Positions 10,146-20,712 of a stretch of DNA of 64,000 bases are shown one piece after another. The position numbers and the translations under genes were made by a program. Position 1 is the first letter of the stretch. Every line of letters begins with the position of its first letter. The DNA lies in NCBI GenBank assembly GCA_016197005.1, contig JACPWO010000001.1, positions 474,544 to 538,543 of the forward strand, written 5' to 3'. The notes under the pieces were generated by a model, which was given only the letters and a program-made list of their open reading frames with translations, was not told where the DNA came from and searched no databases. The stretch comes from Candidatus Anderseniibacteriota bacterium. Lineage in GTDB: Bacteria; Patescibacteriota; Andersenbacteria; UBA10190.

Positions 10146-10824
10146 TTTATCAAATCTTGAGAAAAAACTGGGGGCAAAATTTAACGACGAAAATATTCTC
10201 TGGCAGGCAGTAACCCACCGGTCATATCTTAACGAAAACCCAGATTGGAAACTCGATCACAATGAACGATTGGAGTTTTTAGGCGATGCTGTACTCGAAT
10301 TAGTAGTAACGGATCATTTGTACCATCACTACAACTTGCCAGAGGGCGAGCTTACTAACCTTCGCTCGGCGGTGGTGCGAGGAGAAATGCTTTCAAAGAT
10401 CGCAGAAGAGTTAGAAATTGATGATTTTATGCTCATGTCACGAGGCGAGCGTAAAGACACCGGCAAAGCCCGCCAGTATATTCTGGCGAACGCGATGGAA
10501 GCAGTTATTGGGGCGGTTTATTTAGATTCTGGATACGACGCTGCCAAAAAACTCATTGATACTTATATTGTCTCAAAGTTAGCAGCTGTCGTAGAACAAG
10601 GACTGCATATAGATAACAAAAGTCGCTTTCAAGAATTAGCCCAAGAAAAGTTTCGCGTTACTCCTACCTACAAAGTTTTGTCTGAGGCCGGACTTGATCA
10701 CGAAAAACAGTTTGTAGTGGGAGCATTTTTGCAAGATAAGAAGATAGGTGAAGGAGCAGGCAGCAGCAAACAAGAAGCCCAGCAAAAAGCCGCTAAAGAA
10801 GCCTTAATTCAATTGGATGTCTAG
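10138..10824 (+). CDS. rnc: Ribonuclease III
   Basis: RNase III signature [15 protein letters not shown]; C-terminal dsRBD ([16 protein letters not shown]). Confidence 0.9.
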   Translation: MNDLSNLEKKLGAKFNDENILWQAVTHRSYLNENPDWKLDHNERLEFLGDAVLELVVTDHLYHHYNLPEGELTNLRSAVVRGEMLSKIAEELEIDDFMLMSRGERKDTGKARQYILANAMEAVIGAVYLDSGYDAAKKLIDTYIVSKLAAVVEQGLHIDNKSRFQELAQEKFRVTPTYKVLSEAGLDHEKQFVVGAFLQDKKIGEGAGSSKQEAQQKAAKEALIQLDV

Positions 10825-11299
10825 CATCATTTTGTGGACCGTAACGACCGTCTTGTTCATTGTCGGCCTAGGAGGAACGGTTATTCCCGGTTTACCTGGG
10901 ATTGGTTTTGTATTCGCTGGAATTTTACTGTATGCCTGGGCCACAAGCTTTACGACGGTAAGTGGAGTTTCCGTCGTGGCTCTCGGTATAGTGGCGCTCG
11001 CAGCGTTAGCCGCTAGCTATCTCGGATCTGCAGTCGGTGCAAAGTATGGGGGAGGTAAGCAAAAAGCAATATGGGGCACCATTTTAGGAGCTTTGATTGG
11101 TGCAACCTTTGGTCCAATTGGAATTTTCGTTGGAGCATTTGTCGGTGGTCTTATTGGAGCACTTCTTGAAGGAAATTCCCATCAACAAGCACTGCGTATT
11201 GCCGCTCTTTCGATTCTTGGAACACTTGGAGCTTCGGTTATTCAATTTTTCCTAGCGCTCGCTATGATCGCCGCATTTCTGGTAGCGGTATTCGTGTAA
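10817..11299 (+). CDS. Gly-rich multi-TM membrane protein (DUF456-like)
   Basis: 160 aa, four hydrophobic helices with GxxxG-rich segments. Confidence 0.5.
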   Translation: MSSIILWTVTTVLFIVGLGGTVIPGLPGIGFVFAGILLYAWATSFTTVSGVSVVALGIVALAALAASYLGSAVGAKYGGGKQKAIWGTILGALIGATFGPIGIFVGAFVGGLIGALLEGNSHQQALRIAALSILGTLGASVIQFFLALAMIAAFLVAVFV

Positions 11300-11326
11300 T
11301 TTTTCCTAGCAACTTATCATACAGCC

Positions 11327-13537
11327 ATGAGGGTGGCTTCCATCGATATCCAAGGATTCAAATCCTTCGCTAAAAAGACTCGCATTGATCTAACCGAGGG
11401 GATAACGGCTGTTATTGGTCCTAACGGCTCCGGTAAAAGCTGTGTTGTCGACGCCGTCAGGTGGGTTCTAGGAGAACAATCAATAAAACAGCTGCGCGGT
11501 AAGGCAAATACTGACATTATTTTTCACGGCAGTGAAGTGCTGCCACCGGCCCGCCGAGCAGAAGTTACGATTACCTTCGATAACGAATCGGGACGGTTCC
11601 CCTTGCCCAGCGCCACGGTCGCAGTAACTCGCCGCCTTACACGTGATGGTGAGAGTAGTTACCAAGTAAATCGCGAAGATGTGCGACTGCTTGATCTCCA
11701 ACAAATGCTGGCGCAAGCCGGAATTGGGGCAAAAACGTTTACGGTAATTTCTCAAGGCATGGTTGACCGTTATATCACCGCCTCACCAGCTGAACGTAAG
11801 GAATTATTTGATGATGCCACCGGCATCAAGCCACTGCAGCTCAAACTCATGGAAGCTCACCGCAAACTGAAGAAAACGCAGCAGCACGCACTAGAAATTG
11901 AAACCACTATTCGTGAGCTGGAGCCTCGTCTTAAAGTTTTGGCACGACAAATAAAACGGTATGAGCAACGAGAAAAAATCCAGGAGGCTTTTACCGTTAG
12001 CCAAGTACAGTGGTTTTCTCATGCCTGGCACAATGTGCGTCAACGTTTGACTGATTTAACAGCCCAGCAAGCTGAAGTAAGTAGGACAATTAAACAAGCT
12101 CGATCGCACCGCGAAACGTTAGAGAAAAAACTTATTACTGGTACGGGAACCCATAATCATGGGCTACACGCAGAGCTAACAACAGCGAATCAGGAGCTAG
12201 CAGCTGCTCAAAAAATATATAACGAGCGCACGCACGCACGAGTTCAACTGGAAAAGCTAATACAAGAAGCGCAGCTACAACTACAGCGAGCAGATAAGGC
12301 TCTTCAGGCCGTTACAACAAGGAGCCAGCCACTCGATTGGGTAGGCAATGTCACTCAACTACTTGAGCGTTGTCAAAAACTCTTACTTAAGATTGCTAAA
12401 AATCCAGCCACGACCACAACTGAAGCAGAGGCTATGGCCGATCAAATTCAAGAAAGCCTACAAACTCTTAAAAATACTTCAGCGGACACATTAATTCGCT
12501 CCGCCGCTGACGAACTCACGCGACCAGCAGCAGAGCTAGCGCGGATCGAGGCAATCCTGGAAGAACGGAAAAGGCAACTAGATGCTCTCCCCCCTCTGGA
12601 GGCACCTTCCTCCGCTCAAGTGGAGAAATTAACAAAACAACTAGCCAACCAGGGTGCCGTGCCTTTATCTGAAGACTCATTGGCTAGTCAGTTATCTTCG
12701 GCCAGACAAAACGAGCTAGCCGCCGAACGAGCAGACGGGGCGCTCGAAGCTGCTCTCGAACAAGCACGCATTGACTTAGCTCAACTGGAAAACGATATCT
12801 TACGGGAGCGCGGATCGCAGGCCTTGTCCACAATGCAACAAAAACCACCAGCTGAAAGTGGTCATACTCCATCTGAAGAAGAGCTACGACAACTCGCTGG
12901 TAAATTAGCGGCCTTAGGCGAACCAGATCCTCTCGTCATTAAAGAATATGGCGAAGTAGAGGAGCGGTATGAAAATCTAACCGCACAAATTGCTGATATT
13001 CGTTCTGCAGCAACCAACATTGTTGATCTCATGGGAACACTCCACACCCAAATGCAGAAACAATTTGGAGAAAAATTTCATGTCATACGCGCGGCTTTTA
13101 CGCGAGCATTTGTCGAACTGTTTGGTGGGGGCAATGCCGAACTTATGTTGATAGAAGAAGGAATAGACATTTCAGTTACTCCTCCCGGGAAAAGATCTCG
13201 ACATATTGGGCTGCTGTCTGGCGGAGAGAGAGCCTTAACATCGCTGGCGCTCTTGATGGCTATTTTAGAAGCGCAGTCGCCGCCCTTTATTGTCCTCGAT
13301 GAGGTTGATGCCGCGCTCGACGAAGCTAACTCTCAGCGGTTCTCTCACCTCTTGAGAGAGCGCTGCCACAACACTCAATGTATTGTCGTTACTCATAACC
13401 GTGAGGCCATGGCCTCAGCCGATGTTCTGTATGGGGTGACAATGCAGCAAAAAGGTGTTTCCAGCGTATATTCGGTAAAACTAGCCGATATTACGGAGAC
13501 GGATATGGGACAAGCTCATCAGGAAATCTCCATTTGA
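11327..13537 (+). CDS. smc: SMC-family chromosome segregation ATPase, unusually short (736 aa), no recognisable hinge
   Basis: N-terminal IQGFKSFA + Walker A GPNGSGKSCVVDAVRWVLGE; C-terminal LSGGERALTSLALLMAIL signature and FIVLDEVDAALDE Walker B; coiled-coil-like middle. Confidence 0.75.
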   Translation: MRVASIDIQGFKSFAKKTRIDLTEGITAVIGPNGSGKSCVVDAVRWVLGEQSIKQLRGKANTDIIFHGSEVLPPARRAEVTITFDNESGRFPLPSATVAVTRRLTRDGESSYQVNREDVRLLDLQQMLAQAGIGAKTFTVISQGMVDRYITASPAERKELFDDATGIKPLQLKLMEAHRKLKKTQQHALEIETTIRELEPRLKVLARQIKRYEQREKIQEAFTVSQVQWFSHAWHNVRQRLTDLTAQQAEVSRTIKQARSHRETLEKKLITGTGTHNHGLHAELTTANQELAAAQKIYNERTHARVQLEKLIQEAQLQLQRADKALQAVTTRSQPLDWVGNVTQLLERCQKLLLKIAKNPATTTTEAEAMADQIQESLQTLKNTSADTLIRSAADELTRPAAELARIEAILEERKRQLDALPPLEAPSSAQVEKLTKQLANQGAVPLSEDSLASQLSSARQNELAAERADGALEAALEQARIDLAQLENDILRERGSQALSTMQQKPPAESGHTPSEEELRQLAGKLAALGEPDPLVIKEYGEVEERYENLTAQIADIRSAATNIVDLMGTLHTQMQKQFGEKFHVIRAAFTRAFVELFGGGNAELMLIEEGIDISVTPPGKRSRHIGLLSGGERALTSLALLMAILEAQSPPFIVLDEVDAALDEANSQRFSHLLRERCHNTQCIVVTHNREAMASADVLYGVTMQQKGVSSVYSVKLADITETDMGQAHQEISI

Positions 13538-13570
13538 AATTTTTTGCCCCTTACGCTAGGATCCACTCAC

Positions 13571-13906
13571 ATGTTAAAGCTTCGACTACAACGACGCGGC
13601 AAACGAAACTACGCCACTTATCGAGTGGTTGTTACAGAAGCCGGCGCTCCAATTAAAGGACGATTCATTGCCGACGTTGGCCATTACAACCCACACACGA
13701 ATGTATTTAGCGTTGACGCCGATGTGGTAAAAATGTGGCTTGGACGTGGTGTGCAAGCGTCTCCGACCGTTCATAATTTACTTGTAAATCACAAAGTTAT
13801 TGACGCCCCTAAAGTAACGAGCTGGCGTCCTAAGAAAAAAGCAACCGAAGCCGCTCCGACTGCTGCAATCGCGGCCCCTGCCGCTCAAGCGGAGAAAAAG
13901 GCGTAA
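13571..13906 (+). CDS. rpsP: 30S ribosomal protein S16 with Ala/Lys-rich C-terminal tail
   Basis: MLKLRLQRRGKRNYATYRVVV N-terminus typical of bS16. Confidence 0.85.
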   Translation: MLKLRLQRRGKRNYATYRVVVTEAGAPIKGRFIADVGHYNPHTNVFSVDADVVKMWLGRGVQASPTVHNLLVNHKVIDAPKVTSWRPKKKATEAAPTAAIAAPAAQAEKKA

Positions 13907-13935
13907 TTGACCGGCTGGGTCGTTTGTGATACTAT
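13907..13935 (+). promoter_or_regulatory. sigma70-like promoter (TTGACC -17- TACTAT) upstream of KH-domain gene
   Basis: -35 TTGACC at 13907-13912, 17-nt spacer, -10 TACTAT at 13930-13935. Confidence 0.45.
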
Positions 13936-13976
13936 ATTCATATTAATTTTTAATTTCTAACCGAACTATTTCGACT

Positions 13977-14357
13977 ATGGCAGATGATCGCCAATCTCAC
14001 GACGTTGAGTTTGTAGAATATGTGGTCAAATCAATCGTTGACCATCCTGATGATGTAAAGTTAGACCGCGCTATTGATGAAATGGGTGTTCTCATTACCC
14101 TAACTGTTAACCCAGAAGATATGGGTCAAGTGATCGGTCGCTCCGGTGCTACCGCTAAATCTATCCGTACTCTTTTGCGTGTTATCGGAGCTCGCAACAA
14201 TGCTCGCGTTAACCTGAAAATCAACGAACCAGAAGGTGGACGAAAGCCAGCTGCTGACACACCAGCGGTTGCTCCTACTGCTTTGCCTGTTGAGGCTCCA
14301 GCCCCTGATGCACCAAAGCCTTCTGTAGAAGAGGCAATCGACGACCTCGACCTCTAA
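13977..14357 (+). CDS. khpA: KH-domain RNA-binding protein (KhpA/YlqC-like)
   Basis: KH motif VIGRSGATAKSIRTLLRV; conserved position after rpsP. Confidence 0.75.
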   Translation: MADDRQSHDVEFVEYVVKSIVDHPDDVKLDRAIDEMGVLITLTVNPEDMGQVIGRSGATAKSIRTLLRVIGARNNARVNLKINEPEGGRKPAADTPAVAPTALPVEAPAPDAPKPSVEEAIDDLDL

Positions 14358-14377
14358 TAGCTACCGTCTTTCGAATA

Positions 14378-14408
14378 AATCCCGCCTGATGGCGGGATTT
14401 TGATTTCA
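14378..14408 (+). terminator. Rho-independent terminator (AAATCCCGCC-TGAT-GGCGGGATTTTGATTT)
   Basis: 10-bp GC-rich stem plus T-run directly after the khpA stop. Confidence 0.55.
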
Positions 14409-14448
14409 CAAAGGCACTTTTTCGTGCTATATTGATACAGTCCTTCGT

Positions 14449-17010
14449 ATGAAATTCCTGTACCGCGTATTTTCTCACCTTCTCCTTGCAACGCTCTTGT
14501 TGCCGGTTCATACTCTACACGCACAGCAAACACCTGAACTATCTCCAAGCTTGTTTGTCCGAGATATTGTAGCTTCTGCTGAAAACGAAACCATTTCTGG
14601 CTCATTCCGCGCTATTAGCCAAAGCGACAACATTGTTGGCGGTATCTACTACCAGATGGCAGTGCTTTCCACCCTGCCAGAAGCGCCAGAGGGAGAATTA
14701 ATTGCTGATGATCCGATTATATACAGTCAAGAAGTAGTTCCCGCTAATCTTAGCTTCCAACCAAAAGAAGAGCAGGTAGTTAATTTTTCTCATGCGTTAC
14801 CGACAGTCCCGACTGGCACTTATCGATTTCGTGTTCAGCTGACAACAGCAAACGGCCGAGATCTCGGTTGGTGGGATCAAGATGTTGTCTTAACTTCCGA
14901 TTCATCTGGATTTATTGATCTCAGACCAATAGCTGTCTTGGTTGATAGTGTCGATCCTCGCGTTAAGCTTTTTGATCAACAAGGGAGTGGTGACAACAAT
15001 ATTAATGAATTCTATCCGGAATTAACTGATTCCTTAAATCCCCCAGAAGCGAATCGATCGGAATGGGGACCGCTCGAAGGCGTTAATGTCGACGCTGGAG
15101 CTACTGCCCAATTGCGTGCTGATGCTACTAACATTGGCACCGGCTCATTGACTGGCACCATTACAGCTTCGGTTAAACGAGACCTCACCACCACGACGAC
15201 GGCCGAGTCTAAAGTGTTACGTGCAATATCACTCACACCGAACCAAACAGAAACTCTTACTATTCCATTTACGTCCCCGCAAGCTGCTGGTGCCTATGAA
15301 ATATTTTTGATGGTTCGAGATGAGAATAACAATTTGGTTAGTTCTATTGGTGAATACCGCCTGGTTGTTCGTGGTCCTTCAGCATCTGTCATCAGTGTGC
15401 TCACGCAAAAATTGAGCGTAACCAAAGGTGATCCGATTGAGTTCACCGTGAATATAGTTGGCCCAGCTGATGGTGAAACAACAATCGCCGGAACAGCAGA
15501 GGTTTCATTACTTGATGGCGCAACGGTGGTCAGTAGCCAAAGTACGGCCGTACAACTTGCGATGGAACCTATAACCATAGAGGGAAGCCTTGTCCCCGAT
15601 CGCGATATTACTGGTAACCCCAAGTTACGAGTAACGCTTAAGGATGGCACCGGAAATATTCTTGATACATATGAAGTCGAGTTTCCGCGCGATGGAATAG
15701 CAGCCGCATCAACATCGCAGGCAACGGATCCCAAGGGGTCCAGCACAAAAATCATTATTGCTGTTGGACTCGCTCTTCTCCTGCTGCTCCTAGGTCTTTT
15801 CTACCGGTATCGTTCTCCCAAGACTCCTATTCCTCCCGTTGCAACAACGACTCTGCTTCTTATCCTGTTAGTCGGTGGGTTATTCACAACAAATCAAACC
15901 GGGAAAGCGAACCATGAATACACTAGTAATTTGGCGGTGGGTAATTATTTAAAAAAGACTAGTGATGGCGGCGGAACAGAGACTTTCATAAACTCGCCGA
16001 TGCACAATGAAACCTTTGTGGGAGGACAGACTATCTCATATAGTGCTTCTTCTACTTTTTGGAACTGTAATAATACAGCACATCGATATAACTATTGGAA
16101 TGTAAACTTGGCTACTTCAGGAGGGAAAGTATCATCTCACGAACAAGCAAGTAGTTGGAATAAGGTACTGGCTTTTCCGACTGTTGCGTTTGGGAAAGGT
16201 AAAGTAACAAGAACGGTAAGCGGGACATTTACATTGTCTCCGTCATATCCTGGAAATTCAACAACTATGTGGAATGAAATATGGTGGAACGGTCATGGAA
16301 GTTATAGGTTGCGTAGTATCATGACGTGGCTCAACGTTAGCAGCCCAACACCTACAGCCACACCAACCGTAACTGCTACTCCGACCCCAACACCTACAGC
16401 CACACCAACTCCCACGCCGACAGAAACTACTCCTGTTCAAAGTCCGTCGCTTGTTTTCACTGCTGACCCAACATCTGTTCCGTATGGAGACAAAACCACC
16501 CTCCAGTGGTCAACAACGAATACAACGAGCTGCTGGGCCGAGCAAGGATGGACTGGCTGGAAAAATCATTTAGGTGGTACTGAGCTTTCTGCCGAGCTTA
16601 CCCAGACTACAACATTCAGTCTTGAGTGCTGGAATGCGGTGGGAGTATCAAGCGGTAAAAAGTTTGTTACTGTTCAGGTTACTCAACCTTCTGAACCCAT
16701 GCTCGTATTTACTGGCGACCCTTTATCTGTACCTATTGGCGGGACAAGCACACTTACGTGGCAAGCAACAAATGCCACCGCTTGCACGGCTAGTCTCGGC
16801 TGGAGCGGTAATAAAAATAACGTCAGCGGTACACAAGTTACTGCACCCCTGACTCAAAGCACAACCTACGCGCTATCATGTCAAAACGCCGCTGGGGTAT
16901 CGACGGGACCAAAGTTTGTAACCATTACGGTCATTGGCGGTCCACCTACACCCACACCCACGCCAACGCCTACGCCCATAGACGATGGACCATTCCAAGA
17001 AGAAGAATAA
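14449..17010 (+). CDS. Large cell-surface protein: signal peptide, extracellular domain, central TM hairpin, PT-rich linkers and two tandem ~85-aa repeat domains
   Basis: N-terminal signal peptide MKFLYRVFSHLLLATLLLPVHTLHA; two hydrophobic helices ~aa 437-480; PTPTATPT linkers; repeats SLVFTADPTSVPYG.../MLVFTGDPLSVPIG... each ending KFVTVQV/KFVTITV. Confidence 0.7.
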   Translation: MKFLYRVFSHLLLATLLLPVHTLHAQQTPELSPSLFVRDIVASAENETISGSFRAISQSDNIVGGIYYQMAVLSTLPEAPEGELIADDPIIYSQEVVPANLSFQPKEEQVVNFSHALPTVPTGTYRFRVQLTTANGRDLGWWDQDVVLTSDSSGFIDLRPIAVLVDSVDPRVKLFDQQGSGDNNINEFYPELTDSLNPPEANRSEWGPLEGVNVDAGATAQLRADATNIGTGSLTGTITASVKRDLTTTTTAESKVLRAISLTPNQTETLTIPFTSPQAAGAYEIFLMVRDENNNLVSSIGEYRLVVRGPSASVISVLTQKLSVTKGDPIEFTVNIVGPADGETTIAGTAEVSLLDGATVVSSQSTAVQLAMEPITIEGSLVPDRDITGNPKLRVTLKDGTGNILDTYEVEFPRDGIAAASTSQATDPKGSSTKIIIAVGLALLLLLLGLFYRYRSPKTPIPPVATTTLLLILLVGGLFTTNQTGKANHEYTSNLAVGNYLKKTSDGGGTETFINSPMHNETFVGGQTISYSASSTFWNCNNTAHRYNYWNVNLATSGGKVSSHEQASSWNKVLAFPTVAFGKGKVTRTVSGTFTLSPSYPGNSTTMWNEIWWNGHGSYRLRSIMTWLNVSSPTPTATPTVTATPTPTPTATPTPTPTETTPVQSPSLVFTADPTSVPYGDKTTLQWSTTNTTSCWAEQGWTGWKNHLGGTELSAELTQTTTFSLECWNAVGVSSGKKFVTVQVTQPSEPMLVFTGDPLSVPIGGTSTLTWQATNATACTASLGWSGNKNNVSGTQVTAPLTQSTTYALSCQNAAGVSTGPKFVTITVIGGPPTPTPTPTPTPIDDGPFQEEE

Positions 17011-17016
17011 ATAAAA

Positions 17017-17048
17017 CAATCCCGCCATAAACGGGGTTGTTTTCTTTT
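17017..17048 (+). terminator. Terminator-like hairpin (CAATCCCGCC-loop-CGGGGTTG then T-run)
   Basis: Stem-loop followed by TTTTCTTTT after surface-protein stop. Confidence 0.45.
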
Positions 17049-17072
17049 ATAATGCCCGCTAGGTTCAGTGGT

Positions 17073-17732
17073 ATGAGGATTGATATTCTAACTCTGTTTC
17101 CGCAAGCAGTTGAACCATACCTTGAAACAAGCATTATTGGCCGAGCCAAAGAAGCCCAGGTTATTGATATCCGTACCTGGAATATTCGCGATTATACGAC
17201 TGGCAAACATCGAACTGTTGATGATAGCCCGTATGGCGGTGGAGCAGGAATGGTAATGAAAGTAGAGCCAATTGATCTGGCGCTAAAAGCTGCGGTACAC
17301 GGACAAGACAATACCAAAAAGAAGATAGTAGTCTTGGCCGCTCGAGGCACCCCTTTTACCCAACAGAAGGCACTGGAATACGCCACACTGGATCAGCTGA
17401 TTCTTATCTGTGGTAGATATGAAGGAATTGATCAACGCGTTGCTGATCACCTAGCGGATGAGGAAATTTCCATCGGCCCGTACGTTCTGGCAGGAGGCGA
17501 GTTGCCAGCCCTAGTAGTGATGGAGGCCGTTGCCCGCCACATACCGGGCGTCCTTGGCAATCCCGAATCTTTGTCTGAGGAATCTTTTACCCAGGATGCT
17601 ATTGAGTATCCACAATATACTAAACCGGAAGAATATAACGGCTGGAAGGTGCCACCAGTTTTGCTTTCTGGTGATCACGCCACTATTAAAGCGTGGCGAG
17701 ATAAAAGCCGACATGATAATTTAAAATCATGA
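17073..17732 (+). CDS. trmD: tRNA (guanine37-N1)-methyltransferase TrmD
   Basis: MRIDILTLFPQ N-terminus; SPOUT-fold motifs (DDSPYGGGAGMVMK, ICGRYEGIDQRV). Confidence 0.9.
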   Translation: MRIDILTLFPQAVEPYLETSIIGRAKEAQVIDIRTWNIRDYTTGKHRTVDDSPYGGGAGMVMKVEPIDLALKAAVHGQDNTKKKIVVLAARGTPFTQQKALEYATLDQLILICGRYEGIDQRVADHLADEEISIGPYVLAGGELPALVVMEAVARHIPGVLGNPESLSEESFTQDAIEYPQYTKPEEYNGWKVPPVLLSGDHATIKAWRDKSRHDNLKS

Positions 17733-18178
17733 ATCCTATTATCTTCCTTATTCCTATAATCGTGGGAATTGCAGCTCAAGTATCTAAAGCTTTCTTAAAC
17801 AAGAACTGGCTGACCGAAAGTAAAATCCACGGGCGACATTTACCGCGTTATGGTGGCATGCCTTCCGCCCATACTGCTTTTGCGTTTTCTCTGGCTACGT
17901 TAGCTGCGTTAGCTGAGGGTATTGGGAGTATGAGTTTTGCAATTGCTTCAGCCTTGGTCATTTTACTTCTCGATGACGCCCTGCGCATGCGGGTATATTT
18001 AAGTCGCCACGGAGAAGCACTCGCTCAACTTATTAAATCTCAACCCCCTAGCGCACAGCAAAAATTCCCTCCTTTAGAGCGGCGTTTAGGACATTCTTTG
18101 CCAGAAGTAGTTGTGGGAGCGCTTGTAGGAATTGGGCTCACCATTGCCCTCTTTTGGCTGCTGGGCGGCCGCGCTTGA
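17729..18178 (+). CDS. Divergent PAP2-family (YuiD-like) membrane protein
   Basis: GGMPSAHTAFAFSL matches the GGMPSSHSA core of the divergent PAP2 family. Confidence 0.6.
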   Translation: MNPIIFLIPIIVGIAAQVSKAFLNKNWLTESKIHGRHLPRYGGMPSAHTAFAFSLATLAALAEGIGSMSFAIASALVILLLDDALRMRVYLSRHGEALAQLIKSQPPSAQQKFPPLERRLGHSLPEVVVGALVGIGLTIALFWLLGGRA

Positions 18179-18202
18179 CAGCCTTCAAGTCCTACCTATA
18201 CT
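18175..18202 (+). promoter_or_regulatory. Candidate 16S rRNA promoter (TTGACA -16- TATACT)
   Basis: Consensus -35 TTGACA at 18175-18180 overlapping the upstream stop codon; -10 TATACT at 18197-18202; ~205 nt upstream of 16S 5' end. Confidence 0.55.
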
Positions 18203-18408
18203 GATCAATACGATCCTTAACGGGTTGATACAATCCAAACAAAGAACACGCACTATTCTCAGTCAAAGTTCCAGACCAAAAGTGGTCACAGAGAATGTGC
18301 CCTCTTTTTTGTTTTAGGGGTCATGATCGTTTAACAATTTGCTACGGAATTATACGTTAAATTACGTTCTAGTCTGCGTATTTATACGCGACTACAAACG
18401 TCTTTCTA

Positions 18409-19878
<1,470 letters not shown>

Positions 19879-20118
19879 AGGGAGAAAACTGACGTTGTGT
19901 CGTGGTTAACCAGACACAACGCCCTAGAGGTCGACTTTGTCACTTTGACAAGGCTTGCTCGTAAAGAGCCGCGGAGAGCATATCCTCCACGAAAAACATG
20001 TGATATGCAACAAATAGAAAGACTACTTTGTAGTCGCGTATAAGAACGTAGAACATAGGCCGCCCTTAGGGCGGCTTTGTGTTGCAAAAGATACATTTTA
20101 AGGGTTAAATGGCACTAC

Positions 20119-20191
20119 GCGCGTGTAGCTCAGTGGTTAGAGCACCACACTGATAATGTGGGGGTCGAAGGTTCGATTCCTTCCACGCGCA
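20119..20191 (+). tRNA. tRNA-Ile (anticodon GAU)
   Basis: Acceptor GCGCGUG/CACGCGC+A73, anticodon stem CCACA/UGUGG loop CUGAUAA; near-identical to tRNA-Val at 5231. Confidence 0.9.
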
Positions 20192-20233
20192 CAAACAAAT
20201 GCACCTTCTGAACCTTTACCAAGGATCTATTAA

Positions 20234-20626
20234 ATGTCTAAATCTAGGCCAAAAACAAAGTTAGTTCGCTTTGGTCAGTATTTACAAGATTTACGGATAA
20301 CTAGAAAAAAGGGCTCTCAAAGAAAGGTTGCTACTGCCTTGAAATCACAAGGTCATCAGGTAACACAAGGCGCTATTGCACAGTATGAAGGGGGGCTGGT
20401 CACAAACCCGCATTACGAATTGCTCTCCGCCCTAGCACGACTCTACGATGAGCCATACGAAAACATGATCGTGCAATTAGTTGCCGATAAATACAAAGTG
20501 AAACCGCCTCCTGAGCAATTATCAGGTAGTTCTCTCCCAGTTCGCCCTGCGATTCGCTTGGAATTTCGAGACATCGACAGTTTGCGCGAAGCTGGTGAGT
20601 GGTTCTTCAACAAGATGCGACAGTGA
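20234..20626 (+). CDS. XRE-like helix-turn-helix DNA-binding protein
   Basis: N-terminal basic region followed by HTH-like segment (QRKVATALKSQGHQVTQGAIAQYEGG); 130 aa. Confidence 0.5.
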   Translation: MSKSRPKTKLVRFGQYLQDLRITRKKGSQRKVATALKSQGHQVTQGAIAQYEGGLVTNPHYELLSALARLYDEPYENMIVQLVADKYKVKPPPEQLSGSSLPVRPAIRLEFRDIDSLREAGEWFFNKMRQ

Positions 20627-20642
20627 GACTGTTACTTCAGCG

Positions 20643-20675
20643 CCCTCGCAGGTAAAACTGCGAGGTTTTATTTCC
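20643..20675 (+). terminator. Terminator-like hairpin (CCCTCGCAG-GTAAAA-CTGCGAGG then TTTTATTT)
   Basis: 8-9 bp stem and T-rich tail just after the HTH gene stop. Confidence 0.4.
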
Positions 20676-20712
20676 TGATTACTCATTCTTAATTACCAGT
20701 TACTATTCACTT

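Noticed and set aside
16340-16990. Direct nucleotide repeats (CCAACACCTACAGCCACACCAAC etc.) that superficially resemble a short repeat array
   Set aside because: They are in-frame Pro-Thr linker codons within a long ORF, with no spacer/repeat periodicity or cas genes; not CRISPR
20058-20078. GC-rich hairpin in the 16S-tRNA-Ile spacer as a bona fide terminator
   Set aside because: The downstream T-run is weak (TTTGTGTT) and such stems in rRNA spacers are usually RNase III processing stems; noted only as part of the split-operon observation
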